A DNA stretch of 64,000 nt from a bacterium (GCA_965261085.1 OZ253442.1:3424001-3488000); one strand, 5' to 3'. Counted from the first letter of the stretch, positions 30,935-41,073 are shown. Program-made: numbers and translations. The notes: generated by a model from the letters alone, not told the origin.

Positions 30935-31208
30935 CAAGGCCGACATCGCCCTTGCATTGGTGGTCAGCCCGCGAAGCTATAACGAGAAGAGCAGTCTGGC
31001 GTTGCTCTGCCCCGTCACCTCCAGGGTCAAGGACTATCCTTTCGAGGTGACGCTCCCCGCTACAGGAACCGTTACGGGCGTGGTTCTCGCCGACCAGGTG
31101 AAAAGCCTCGACTGGCGCGCGCGAAAGGCGCGTCTGGCATCGCAGGCTCCGCCGCGCGTGCTGGGCGAAGTGCTGGAAAAACTGGCCGTCCTCCAGGAGC
31201 AGGACTGA
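30935..31208 (+). pseudogene. mazF: 5'-truncated, frameshifted MazF/PemK toxin
   Basis: QGRHRP then one extra T, then ALVVSPRSYN...CPVTS...YPFEV...GVVLADQVKSLDWRAR; no start codon or mazE. Confidence 0.85.
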
Positions 31209-31228
31209 CGCGAACGCTCACGCGGCCC

Positions 31229-31450
31229 CAAGCCTCTCCTCCCCCTCCCCACGCACCACGCATTTCCCCACAAAAGAGCGTTCTTTTGGGGATGCCATTG
31301 TCCCGCTCGACGCGCGGCCTTCGCCTCGTAACCGCGCATCGCCGGGCAGAAAACCGGCTCGAGAGAAGAATCCCACATCGCGCCACCCGGGCGTTGGGAA
31401 GAGCAGAATCAACGGGGTGTAACGATAGCGGAGCGGGCGAAACCAGGCGC
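31229..31450 (+). repeat. Diverged ~200-bp direct repeat, copy 1 (copy 2 at ~40457-40672)
   Basis: Collinear shared blocks accacgcatttcccc, gcgttct, gctcgacgcgcggccttcg, aaccgcgcatc, atcgcgc, ccgggcgt. Confidence 0.8.
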
Positions 31451-31451
31451 T

Positions 31452-33488
31452 TCAAGCGGAATGCGTCGACTGCGGGCTTAACCCTTCGATGATTTCACTC
31501 ACCCTGGCCTTGAGCCAGGATTCGTCGATCGGATCCGCTCCCGAGCGACTCTCCTCCACGGCTCTCATCGCCTCGAAGCGTACGTGCTGACGTATGGCGG
31601 CGGGGATACCCTCCGTGACCCGGTTGATCGCCACCTGCAAATCATCCGGCCAAAGCCGCTCGAACGCCTCCCGGCCGGCCCCGAACGTAAACGGAGCCGC
31701 CGGCGAGCCGTCGTCAAGCTCGGCGCAAAGCTGCCGCCGGCGCTCGCCGGTCTCCTCTTCCAGGATTCGGCCGCCTCGAATGATCACGCCGTAAACCTTC
31801 TCGGCACTCTCGGAGGCGACCAGCCCGTCCTCGACGTCCCGCAGCACCAGCACGGGGTCGCGCTCCCAGGGTGGGCCGAAGCCGCCACCGCCGGCCGACT
31901 GGACGTGGACGATTCCGCCGGCCGGAACCTCGAGCACATTTATCTTCCCTATCGGCCGCGGGTCCTCACCCGGGGATTGAAGGAAAGCCCGCCCGTTGTC
32001 GCCCGGTTGGCCGGCTTCCCTTCCCCAGGGCTGAAAATGAAACCGCTCCAACCCCCGGGCCGTCACCACGCCGCCGGGCACAAGAAGCCTAAGAGAATAG
32101 TTCAGGCCGCACCCCCCGCGCATGCGGCCTGCTCCCCCGGAATCGGGGTTGAGCCCGTACTGCTCGACCAGGACGGGTATCTCCGACTCCAATACCTCGG
32201 TGGGGATGTTCCGGTAGAAACCCGTGGCGAAATCGACTCCTTCCGTGCCGTCGTCGAAGGGCCGCGCGCCCGATCCGCCCACGAGAGGCTGGACGATGCT
32301 CACCAGGTTCGTGCCGGTGGAGAAGTCCGGCGCGGACACCAGCATGATGGAACCCTGACCGCAACCCGCGGCGGGCATCCGCTCCCTCCAGGCGTGCGCC
32401 AGGGCGCCGAGAACGATATCGGCCACCCGAAAGAACGTGGCCTGCCGGGCGCCGACGGGCGCTCCGGGCTCGGGATTGAGGATGGACCCCCGTGGCGCGT
32501 TCACCTTGACGGACCGGACCAGCCCGGAGTTGTACACCATGTCCGGGTGGACGCTCCGCATGAAATTGACCACTCCCATGACCAGGAGGTAGTGACCGTC
32601 CGTGCTGTAGGAGGGGACGTTGAACGCCGCCGCCACCTGCGGGTCCGTGCCCTCGAAGTCGAGGAGCATCTCCTCCCCCCGAATCCTCAAGGTGAGGCGT
32701 ATCCGGACGTGGCGGCCCTCCGGCATCAGGTCCCCCTCGAGGTAGTCCCAGAACACGTAGTCTCCGTCGGGAACATCTCGAATCAGGGAGCGGGCCTGGG
32801 CCTCGGCGTAATCCAGAACGTCGTGGAGGGCGGTCCTCAAGACATCCCCGCCGAACTTCCCGGCGAGGCCGGTCACGCGCAATTCCGCGCGCTTCAGCGC
32901 TCCGAGCATGGCCAGTACGTCCCCCCGGTTCTTGTCCGGAATGCGGCTGTTCCTCAGGAATATCCGGAAGATGTCCTCCCTCATTTCGTCTTCGGCGACG
33001 AGCCGGGTCACCGGAATGACCACGCCCTCCTGAAGCTGGTCGACGGCGGAGGGCGCGATGGACCCGGGCGCGAGCCCCCCCACGTCCGTGCAATGGATGA
33101 AGGCGGCCGCGAAGCAGACGAGTTCGCCCTGGTGGTAGATGGGACGCCAGCAGAAGACGTCGAGCAGATGGGTGACCAGGCCCCTGCTTTGCTCCGGGTC
33201 GTTGGTCATCCAGACGTCACCGGGCCGGTAAGGCCCCCCGGCGTCGATAACGGCCTGGAAGTTCTGGCCGACCCCCAGCCAGATCCCCACATCCACGGAG
33301 CAGGCCGCCACCTCCCCTTGGGGCGTCACCAGGGCGACGATGAAATCCTGGGTTTCCTTGACGAAGACGGTATGCCCGCAGCGGGTCAGCAGCTCGCCCA
33401 TCTCCTCAACGACCCCCTGAAACTGGCACCGGAGTATTTCCAGGAGGACGGGGTCGGGCTTCGTTCGAGGCGTGAAGGGTTCGCTCAT
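31452..33488 (-). CDS. Hydantoinase B / 5-oxoprolinase family subunit
   Basis: PGDVWMTNDP, THLLD, HCTDVGG, QEG, DSGGAGRMRGG, GGGGFGPP. Confidence 0.92.
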   Translation of the reverse strand: MSEPFTPRTKPDPVLLEILRCQFQGVVEEMGELLTRCGHTVFVKETQDFIVALVTPQGEVAACSVDVGIWLGVGQNFQAVIDAGGPYRPGDVWMTNDPEQSRGLVTHLLDVFCWRPIYHQGELVCFAAAFIHCTDVGGLAPGSIAPSAVDQLQEGVVIPVTRLVAEDEMREDIFRIFLRNSRIPDKNRGDVLAMLGALKRAELRVTGLAGKFGGDVLRTALHDVLDYAEAQARSLIRDVPDGDYVFWDYLEGDLMPEGRHVRIRLTLRIRGEEMLLDFEGTDPQVAAAFNVPSYSTDGHYLLVMGVVNFMRSVHPDMVYNSGLVRSVKVNAPRGSILNPEPGAPVGARQATFFRVADIVLGALAHAWRERMPAAGCGQGSIMLVSAPDFSTGTNLVSIVQPLVGGSGARPFDDGTEGVDFATGFYRNIPTEVLESEIPVLVEQYGLNPDSGGAGRMRGGCGLNYSLRLLVPGGVVTARGLERFHFQPWGREAGQPGDNGRAFLQSPGEDPRPIGKINVLEVPAGGIVHVQSAGGGGFGPPWERDPVLVLRDVEDGLVASESAEKVYGVIIRGGRILEEETGERRRQLCAELDDGSPAAPFTFGAGREAFERLWPDDLQVAINRVTEGIPAAIRQHVRFEAMRAVEESRSGADPIDESWLKARVSEIIEGLSPQSTHSA

Positions 33489-35506
33489 CCGGCAGCCTCC
33501 GCGTGAAGGTTACCCGACGCGTCGACCCTGAAAGCGAACCCGGGCGTGACGAAAACGGTCGTGTCATACTGAAGAAGTACGGCAGGCCCCGAGAGCCGCA
33601 GACCCGTGGGGATTTGGGCTCTGCGGTAGACGGGAACCGCGAGCCGGTTTCCCTGATACGTCACCTCGCGGGTCTCCACTGGCGACAGTCGGTCCGATTC
33701 GCCAGGCCGGGAGGAGGAGGGGTTGCCGACCACCGGATTCGGCGCCCTGGCGAGCATCCGTATCTGCAGCACCTCGATCGCGGTGTCGGGGTCGCGATAT
33801 CCAAAAGTCTCTTCATATCTGCAGTGGAAGGCCTCTTGAGAGTCCCCGTTACGGTTAAGTCCCACCATGATCTCGAAGGATTGACCCTTGTAGCGCATAT
33901 CCGCGCTCCGCTCGTACTCCGCCGTCCCGGGCTCCAAACCCTGGTCGAAGAGCCACCTCCGGGCGATTTCCTCCATCTCCGAGAACATCTCTTCCATCCC
34001 CTCCTCATCCGACAAGTCGGTGCGTACGCTGCGGACAAAATCCATCTGGACGTCCGACACGGCCGCTCCCACCGCGCACATCGCCCCCGGCGCAGGGGGG
34101 ATGATGAGCCTTTGAATGCCCGCCTCGGCCGCCAGCAGGAAGGCATGAGTGGGGCCGGCGCCCCCGTAAGCCTGGAGGCTGTATTCGCGGTGGTCCACCC
34201 CGTAGCGCGCGATCATCGGCAGAAAAGAGGCGACCATATTCGCCGTTGCGACCCGCAGGACGGCTTCGGCCGCCTGGATCATCCCCATCCCAAGGGCTTC
34301 GCCCAACTCGCCGATGGCGTCTTCCGATCGAGCCCGGGAAAGCGTCATTCGACCGCCCAGCAGGTCATTCTCGCCCAATACGCCCGTGATGAGGTAGGCG
34401 TCCGTAACGGTCGGCTCCCGACCGCCGCGGTCGTAGCACGCCGGTCCGGGATCGGCCCCCGCCGAGCGAGGGCCCACCTTCAAAACCCCGTGAGCGTCGA
34501 CCCACGCGATCGATCCGCCTCCCGCGCCGATGGTCTCGATGGCGACGGCCGGAAGGAATAGCGGAAAATCCCCGATCATGCTCTCCAAGCTGACGCGGGG
34601 CCGGCCGTCGATGAGGGACATGTCGGCGCTGGTCCCTCCCATATCCAGGGTGAAGAGCCTGGCCTCGCCGGATTCCCGCGCGGACTTGGCGGCCGCCATC
34701 ACTCCCGAAGCAGGTCCTGAGAGCATCGTCCGCACAGGTATCCGCGCCGCTTCGCCGATGGAAACCGTCCCGCCGTTTGATTGGGTGATCAGAACCGGAC
34801 AGCCGATCTCCATCGCCCGCAGGCCTTCCTCCAGCCGCCGGTAGTAGGAACGCATGGTGGACCCGATGTAGGCGTTCATCACGCAAACAAGAGTCCGCTC
34901 ATATTCCCGCTGCTGGGGCCACGTCTCCCAGGACGCGCAGACGAAGAGATCGGGCCAACGCTCGGCGATGACCGATTGGGCTTCGCGCTCATGGACCGGA
35001 TTGATGTAGGAATGCAGAAAGCTGACGGCCACGGCAGAGACGCCCGCGCCAAGGAGTTCCTCGACCCCTTGCGCCACGGAATCCGGCTTGAGCGGGCGCA
35101 GGACGGTCCCGTCCGCGCCGATTCGCCCCCGCACCTCCCGGACATGGGCCCGGCGAACCAGTGGCACAGGCCTTGCGGCTTCGAAGCTGGGCGCATCGGG
35201 AAGCCGGGTTCGACGAATCTCCAGGACGTCCCGAAACCCTTCCGTGATCAAAAGCCCGGTCGGTTCTCCTGTGCGCTGAATGATCGTGTTGACCGCCAGG
35301 GTGGACCCTGCGCCGAAGTAGACGACGTCCGCAGGGTCCAGGCCTTCGCCCCGTAGTCCTTCCCGCACCCCGTCCAGCACACCGGAAACCGGCTCGTCGA
35401 CGATCGTGGGAACCTTGTAGACGCCGACCCGGCCCGTCGACTCCTCCACCAGGGCGATGTCCGTAAAGGTGCCTCCTACGTCCACGCCGACCCGCCAGCC
35501 GCTCAA
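33485..35506 (-). CDS. Hydantoinase A / 5-oxoprolinase family subunit (TTG start)
   Basis: GVDVGGTFTD, SGPASG, DMGGTSAD, IGAGGGSIA, GPRSAGADPGPACY, GGAGP. Confidence 0.93.
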   Translation of the reverse strand: MSGWRVGVDVGGTFTDIALVEESTGRVGVYKVPTIVDEPVSGVLDGVREGLRGEGLDPADVVYFGAGSTLAVNTIIQRTGEPTGLLITEGFRDVLEIRRTRLPDAPSFEAARPVPLVRRAHVREVRGRIGADGTVLRPLKPDSVAQGVEELLGAGVSAVAVSFLHSYINPVHEREAQSVIAERWPDLFVCASWETWPQQREYERTLVCVMNAYIGSTMRSYYRRLEEGLRAMEIGCPVLITQSNGGTVSIGEAARIPVRTMLSGPASGVMAAAKSARESGEARLFTLDMGGTSADMSLIDGRPRVSLESMIGDFPLFLPAVAIETIGAGGGSIAWVDAHGVLKVGPRSAGADPGPACYDRGGREPTVTDAYLITGVLGENDLLGGRMTLSRARSEDAIGELGEALGMGMIQAAEAVLRVATANMVASFLPMIARYGVDHREYSLQAYGGAGPTHAFLLAAEAGIQRLIIPPAPGAMCAVGAAVSDVQMDFVRSVRTDLSDEEGMEEMFSEMEEIARRWLFDQGLEPGTAEYERSADMRYKGQSFEIMVGLNRNGDSQEAFHCRYEETFGYRDPDTAIEVLQIRMLARAPNPVVGNPSSSRPGESDRLSPVETREVTYQGNRLAVPVYRRAQIPTGLRLSGPAVLLQYDTTVFVTPGFAFRVDASGNLHAEAAG

Positions 35507-35930
35507 TGGCGCCTCCTTCTTACGTCATGGCCGGGAATCCCCGATATCCGGTCCCCCGTTCGGCCTTCCCGGGTAATCTTGATAGCCAGTCGGATCAGTA
35601 GTCGAGTAATCCCGTCACTCCTGTCTTCAGGATTACGCGCGCGTTGATCCACAGAATTTCGCCGGATGACGCGGCAGTATATTCCATACTCGACACGGGA
35701 GAAACCAAGGCCTAAGCGCTCTCATTTCAGGAGACGAAATCAAAGGATCACTGTTACGGATGCGGCCCCCACAATGTGAAGGGGTTTCGGATCAAGAACT
35801 GTCGGGATATGGGAGGAGTCGACGGGCATGGTGGGCGCGGACTACGAATCGGGGCAGGTGTTGATCGGCGCGCCTCTTGCCGGGATGCGCAGGCGTTGTA
35901 GCGGAGCCGAAGCGTCGTTGCCGCCGCGCC

Positions 35931-37010
35931 TCAAATTAGCGTCGCGCCCGTCCCGGGGTCGAAAGCGTGGACACGCTTCGGGTCGGGGCTGAGGCGGACG
36001 CGCTCGCCCTGGCTCACCCGGACGCTGGGCTCCACCCGCACGGTGAGGGACTCGCCTCCCACGCTCAGGTCGAGGAAGATGTCCGATCCCACCGGCTCGA
36101 TGATCTCGACCGCGCCCTCGATCCCGCCCTCGCTGTCGAGGCGCATGTCTTCGGGCCGGATCCCTAATACGACTTCCCCGCCCTCGCGTCCATCGAGCCT
36201 GCTCGCGCGCTCCATAGGCAGGGGAACCCGGAAGCCGCTGCCTTCGAGGATCGCCCGCCCCTCCTCGACGCGCACCGTGGCGGAGAGGAAGTTCATCGAG
36301 GGGCTCCCGATGAAGCCCGCCACGAAGTGGTTCGCCGGGCTCTGGTAGATCTCCATCGGGGAGGCGACCTGCTGGATGGCCCCGTTGTGCATGACCACGA
36401 TTCGGTCCCCCATGGTCATGGCCTCGACCTGATCGTGGGTGACGTAGACCGAGGTGGCGGCGAGGTGCTGGTGGAGCTTGAGGATTTCCACCCGGGTCTG
36501 GACGCGCAGCTTGGCATCGAGGTTCGAGAGCGGCTCGTCGAAGAGGAAGACGCGCGGGTCGCGCACGATGGCGCGCCCGAGCGCGACCCGCTGGCGCTGG
36601 CCTCCGGAGAGCTTGCCCGGGTAGCGCCCGAGCAGGGACTCGATGTCCAGGATATCGGCGGCGCTCTTGACCCTGCGCTCGATCTCCTCCTTGGCGACCT
36701 TGCGCATCTTCAGCCCGAAGGCCATGTTCTTGTAGACGCTCATGTGGGGGTAGAGCGCGTAGTTCTGGAACACCATGGCGATGTCGCGGTCGCGCGGGTG
36801 CACATCGTTCAGCACGCGGCCGTCGAGTAGGATGCGTCCGCTCGTGATCTCCTCCAGACCGGCGATCATCCGCAGGGTGGTGGTCTTGCCGCACCCCGAG
36901 GGCCCCAGGAGCACCACGAACTCCCCGTCATGGATTGTGAGGTTCACCTCCCGGACCGCGGTCACTTCGTCGAACTTCTTGGTGAGGTCCTCGAGCAACA
37001 CCTCCCCCAT
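35931..37010 (-). CDS. CUT1 ABC transporter ATPase (MalK/UgpC family)
   Basis: GPSGCGKTT, VFQNYALYPHM, LSGGQRQR, DEPLSNLDAKLR, YVTHDQ. Confidence 0.93.
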   Translation of the reverse strand: MGEVLLEDLTKKFDEVTAVREVNLTIHDGEFVVLLGPSGCGKTTTLRMIAGLEEITSGRILLDGRVLNDVHPRDRDIAMVFQNYALYPHMSVYKNMAFGLKMRKVAKEEIERRVKSAADILDIESLLGRYPGKLSGGQRQRVALGRAIVRDPRVFLFDEPLSNLDAKLRVQTRVEILKLHQHLAATSVYVTHDQVEAMTMGDRIVVMHNGAIQQVASPMEIYQSPANHFVAGFIGSPSMNFLSATVRVEEGRAILEGSGFRVPLPMERASRLDGREGGEVVLGIRPEDMRLDSEGGIEGAVEIIEPVGSDIFLDLSVGGESLTVRVEPSVRVSQGERVRLSPDPKRVHAFDPGTGATLI

Positions 37011-37144
37011 TTCGAACTCCCCTCTTTACAAGAAGCGCGGTGGACGCCCGCGTGGAACGGCTTCCCCTCATGGGGCCGGTAGGCGGGTCTCCGCGTGCTT
37101 GACGGCTTGAGTCAATCTTAACAAAATCAGGCGCCTCATACTCC

Positions 37145-37978
37145 TCACTCCTTGAGGCCGGTGAGAGTGATACCGCGGACGAAGGCGCGCTGGAAGAACA
37201 AGAATATGAACGCCGCCGGGATCATCCCCAAGACCGCGAGCGCCATAATTTCATGATAGGCGGCCGAATCGATGCCCTCCATCTGGGCAAGGCCGAGCGG
37301 GAAGGTCTTCAAGGCGTCGCTCGTCGCCACGATGAACGGCCAGAGGAACTGGTCCCAGTTGTCACGGAAGGTGAGCAGCGCCAGCGCACCCAGCGCGGCC
37401 TTGCAGTTGGGAAGAATAATGCGCCAAAAGATGCCGAACTCGCTGCATCCGTCCAGCCGCGCCGCCTCGATGAGGGAGTCCGGAAGATCCTTGATGGACT
37501 GGCGCATGAGAAAGACGCCAAAAGCATCCACCGCCAATGGAGCAATGAGTCCGCCATAGGTATTTACGAGGCCTAACTCTCGCACCACGAGGAAAGTGGG
37601 CACCAGCACGATCTCCAGCGGAAGCATCAGAGTGCTCAGGATGAAACGGAAGCACAACTCCCGGTGAGGGAAGCGGAACTTGGCCAGACCGTAGCCCGCC
37701 AGGGTGCAGAAAACGAGATTCCCCGCCATGACCGCCAAAGCCACGATGACGCTGTTGAAGAAATAGATCCCGAAATCCCCTCGGGTAAGGGCATCGGGGT
37801 AGTTTTTCCACTGGATAACATTCGGTATCCATTGGATGGGGAGATCGAAAACCTCGGCCCCCGTCTTGAGGGAGGAGGAGACCATCCAGAAATAGGGGAG
37901 GAGCATTACCCCGACTCCCAGAACAGTGAGCAGGGAAATGAGACCACCTCCCCAGCGGAGCAGCGTCCTTCGGCTCAT
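37145..37978 (-). CDS. CUT1 ABC transporter permease (MalG-like)
   Basis: EAARLDG loop, PYFWMVSSSLK, WDQFLWP. Confidence 0.92.
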   Translation of the reverse strand: MSRRTLLRWGGGLISLLTVLGVGVMLLPYFWMVSSSLKTGAEVFDLPIQWIPNVIQWKNYPDALTRGDFGIYFFNSVIVALAVMAGNLVFCTLAGYGLAKFRFPHRELCFRFILSTLMLPLEIVLVPTFLVVRELGLVNTYGGLIAPLAVDAFGVFLMRQSIKDLPDSLIEAARLDGCSEFGIFWRIILPNCKAALGALALLTFRDNWDQFLWPFIVATSDALKTFPLGLAQMEGIDSAAYHEIMALAVLGMIPAAFIFLFFQRAFVRGITLTGLKE

Positions 37979-38916
37979 TCCACCCCTCCCCGGCGCAGAA
38001 GCCGCAGTTGAATCAGAGTCAGGCCGAAAAGAAAGACAAAGAGGACCGTCGAAGCTGCGGCGGCCTCACCCATTCGGAAGAAGGCGAATCCCGTTTCATA
38101 GATGAAGTAGGGAAGCACCCGGGTTGTTCCATTGGGGCCGCCTTCGGTCATGACCATAGGGTTCAGGAACACCTTTACGGCCGAGAGAAGAGACAAGACC
38201 ATGACGAAGAGTATCGTGGGAAGAAGGAGGGGGATCGTCACGTAAATGAAGCGCTGGAACACTCCCGCGCCATCGATTATGGCCGCCTCGTAGTATTCTT
38301 TCGGGATGGCCTGGAGGCCCGCCAGGTAAATCACGCCGAAGAGCGGGATGCCCCGCCATATGCCGATGGCGATGAGGGCGGGCAGCGCCGACTCCTCCAT
38401 CGAGAGCCAGTTGATGCGGTCGATTCCGAAGGTCTCCAGGATGGTGTTCACCAATCCGTAGGGGTGGTACATGAACTTCCACACCATGGCCACCACGATT
38501 TGCGACATCGCGATTGGGAAGAAGTACGCCAAACGGATGACCGACTGCCCCGGCATCCTTCGGTTCAGAAGGAGGGCCAAGGCCAGTGCGAAGAACCACT
38601 CCGGGACGGAGACCCCGACCATGTACTTGACCGAAACCCAGAAGGACTGATGGAAGAGCGGGTTCTCCCAGAGGAGGTTGTAGTTCTTGAGTCCGGTGAA
38701 TACGGGCGGGCTCATGAGGTCGTAACGGTAGAAGCTCAACCGGAAGGCCTGGAACATGGGATAGAACTTGAAGATTACAAGATGAATGAGCGCCGGAAGA
38801 ACAAAAAAGAACCCCGCCCAGCGGAGGCGGCTGTGGAGGGAGCGTTTCCCCCCCCCAGCCACCATCCGCCGCATTATCGAAGGTAAAGCACGACCGACTC
38901 CGATCTTTCGATCCAT
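37975..38916 (-). CDS. CUT1 ABC transporter permease (MalF-like)
   Basis: GLKNY, LAGLQAIP, YEAAIIDGA, MTEGGP. Confidence 0.92.
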   Translation of the reverse strand: MDRKIGVGRALPSIMRRMVAGGGKRSLHSRLRWAGFFFVLPALIHLVIFKFYPMFQAFRLSFYRYDLMSPPVFTGLKNYNLLWENPLFHQSFWVSVKYMVGVSVPEWFFALALALLLNRRMPGQSVIRLAYFFPIAMSQIVVAMVWKFMYHPYGLVNTILETFGIDRINWLSMEESALPALIAIGIWRGIPLFGVIYLAGLQAIPKEYYEAAIIDGAGVFQRFIYVTIPLLLPTILFVMVLSLLSAVKVFLNPMVMTEGGPNGTTRVLPYFIYETGFAFFRMGEAAAASTVLFVFLFGLTLIQLRLLRRGGVE

Positions 38917-38927
38917 CGGTTCTCCGC

Positions 38928-40211
38928 CTAACGCTTGGCCAGCGCCGCGTCGATCTCCTTACACGCCCTGTCGAGCGATTTTTTGGAGTCGGCCTTCCTC
39001 AAGACCACGCGTTCCATGGCCCGGTGAATGGCCTGGTTGATCTCGATGATCTTGGCGGAGCGCTGGACATAGCGCCCGTTCGAGATGTCATTTACGAACA
39101 CGTCCAGGTAGCGTGTCTTGCGCGCCTCTTCCATCCCGGGAAGGTTAAGGAAATTTTTGTCGGGATGGGGGTAGGCCGTGCTCTCATACCAAGTCTTGGG
39201 GTCCTTGACGACGTGCTTGATCACATCGTGCACCAGCCGCTGCTTCGCCTCGGAAATATGGGGATTCACCGCGAGGGCGAAACCGTAAATCGGCGTCACG
39301 CGCTTTTTGGGATCCACCTGCGGGAAGGGCACCACCTTCACGTATTTCATCACCTTGGGGCCAAATTGCGCCACACTGCCTGCGTGGGTGATGAACATGG
39401 AGACGCGCCCCTTGGGCAGATCGTCCGCCGGGAGGGCGTTTGTGCCCAGGCTTACGGTGGGGTCCGAAGCCTTGTAGTGGTGCGCAATCCTGGCCCGGAC
39501 ATTCATGGCCTTAACACCCGCCTCGCTGTTGGCCGTGCACTTTTTCCCGGAGGCGTCGAGGACTTCTCCCCCGTATTGCCGGATGGTCGTGTTGAAGTAC
39601 CACATCGTCCAGGTGGAGGAGTGCATGGCGAAATCGAAGCCCTCACGCACCATCCTTTTACCCTTCATTTTCACCAGCTTTTTCCCGATGCTGCCAACGT
39701 CTTCCCAGGTGCGCGGATAATCCTTGTCCGGGTCCAGGCCCACCTCCCGGAAGTGGTTCTTGTTGATGAAGAGGCTGAAGACGGAAGAGATAGGAGGGAC
39801 GGCGTAGAGCTTTCCTTCATGGATGTAGCCGTCCAGCGCCCCCGACAGGTAGGCCTTCTTCATGTCCTCGAGGTCCTTGTAGCCGAGCCACTCGGGATGA
39901 ATGGGCGAGAGGACGTTCTTCGTGGTGAAGCCGGGCAGAAGGGTGTCGATGACCGTGAACATGTCGGCCGCCGAGCGCGTGGAAAGCGCGGCCGTGAGTT
40001 TCTGGAAGTAGGGGGTCATCGCGAAAAAATCATACTGCAGGGGATTTTTGGGGTGCATCTTGTTCCATTCCGCCACCAGCTTCTTTGAGTAATTGTTGTG
40101 CGGCGGGTTGCTGTGTTCCCACCAGGTGAGCCTTTGCTGGGCGAAAGCCGGGCTCAAGAGAAGCGCCGTCAGCAAACCGACCAAAAGATGAGTCATGAGA
40201 AAGCGTCGCAT
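38928..40211 (-). CDS. CUT1 ABC transporter substrate-binding protein
   Basis: Signal peptide (AFA), GKLYAVP, LFINK..F..VGLDP, PRTWED; first gene of the cassette. Confidence 0.85.
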   Translation of the reverse strand: MRRFLMTHLLVGLLTALLLSPAFAQQRLTWWEHSNPPHNNYSKKLVAEWNKMHPKNPLQYDFFAMTPYFQKLTAALSTRSAADMFTVIDTLLPGFTTKNVLSPIHPEWLGYKDLEDMKKAYLSGALDGYIHEGKLYAVPPISSVFSLFINKNHFREVGLDPDKDYPRTWEDVGSIGKKLVKMKGKRMVREGFDFAMHSSTWTMWYFNTTIRQYGGEVLDASGKKCTANSEAGVKAMNVRARIAHHYKASDPTVSLGTNALPADDLPKGRVSMFITHAGSVAQFGPKVMKYVKVVPFPQVDPKKRVTPIYGFALAVNPHISEAKQRLVHDVIKHVVKDPKTWYESTAYPHPDKNFLNLPGMEEARKTRYLDVFVNDISNGRYVQRSAKIIEINQAIHRAMERVVLRKADSKKSLDRACKEIDAALAKR

Positions 40212-40456
40212 GGTTTTCCCTCCCGGTCCGTCTGCTTTAAGCAGCGGACCTATTGAATATCCCGGGCGCATCCTATGTCTCAGGATGCGCCGGAACCGAA
40301 TGAGCGCTGCAGAAGCACGTCACAGGACTCCACGACAACCACTATTTTCCTTTGTAGCTTGAATGAAAACACCCTAACATCAAATACCATTCGAGGTCAA
40401 AATTCTCTTGTGAATATCCGCGTATTGAAAATGGACCGTCGGCGAGCGCCCTGCCA

Positions 40457-40672
40457 GAAGCCCCTCTCCTCACGCGCAGAGAACCACGCATTTCCCCGCA
40501 GGAGCGCGTTCTGTGTGGGTGTATCGTCCCTCTGCTCGACGCGCGGCCTTCGTTCTTGAAACCGCGCATCACCGAGCCGGAAATCGGCCCGCTCGAAGAT
40601 CCCGTATCGCGCTATCCGGGCGTGAGGGAAAGGGAGTCATCGGGGCGGGTGCCGGGCGGCGAAATCGAGGCT
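40457..40672 (+). repeat. Diverged ~200-bp direct repeat, copy 2
   Basis: Collinear match to 31229-31450. Confidence 0.8.
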
Positions 40673-40680
40673 TAATCACT

Positions 40681-40744
40681 CCTGAACAATACTGAAAAAT
40701 ACGATAAATTCACGGTGTTTTTCGATAAATTAACGGTGTTTTTC
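40681..40744 (+). repeat. AT-rich motif with a 21-bp tandem unit; inverted copy at ~57545-57598
   Basis: cgataaatt(c/a)acggtgttttt twice, at 40702 and 40723. Confidence 0.8.
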
Positions 40745-40877
40745 TGAACGCATCGAGGGCGTTTTCCGAGCGTTTTTTACGCGATATCGCCGCGCCGGCC
40801 GGTGGCCCCACTCTCAAGATTCAGGCGTCCCGGCGCTCGCTCGCAGGGCGCGTCGCCGCCCCCGAAAACGAGACGGT

Positions 40878-40990
40878 GGGGGATAACCGGGCGGTTTTCA
40901 GCCCTCTTTCCCCTTCTTGCGGCGCTTATCCACAGAAATACACAACATTTGGGGATAAGGTGTGGGTAAGTGCATATATTTTGTGTATAT
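40878..40990. promoter_or_regulatory. Cluster of DnaA boxes upstream of nrdJ
   Basis: Perfect TTATCCACA 40926-40934; reverse-strand near matches at 40878-40886, 40950-40958, 40961-40969, 40982-40990. Confidence 0.7.
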
Positions 40991-41004
40991 CGATTTTTTT
41001 TGTA

Positions 41005-41073
41005 TTGACAGAGGGGAGCAAAGCATACTACATTTAGTGTTGTAGTTTGATTTCAGCATACTAAATATGTCCC
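41005..41073 (+). promoter_or_regulatory. nrdJ promoter with tandem NrdR boxes
   Basis: TTGACA 41005-41010, TACATT 41029-41034; NrdR-like boxes atactacatttagtgt 41025-41040 and atactaaatatgtccc 41058-41073; a third at 40940-40955. Confidence 0.8.

Noticed and set aside
31584-33506. Long antisense ORFs (640 aa here; also 5619-6791, 7441-8673, 11617-12822, 12488-13789 and others)
   Set aside because: Shadow frames opposite well-supported genes in GC-rich DNA, with no recognisable motifs
40878-41073. Replication origin
   Set aside because: No dnaA, dnaN, gidA or parAB nearby, no switch in gene orientation bias, and the boxes sit in the nrdJ promoter
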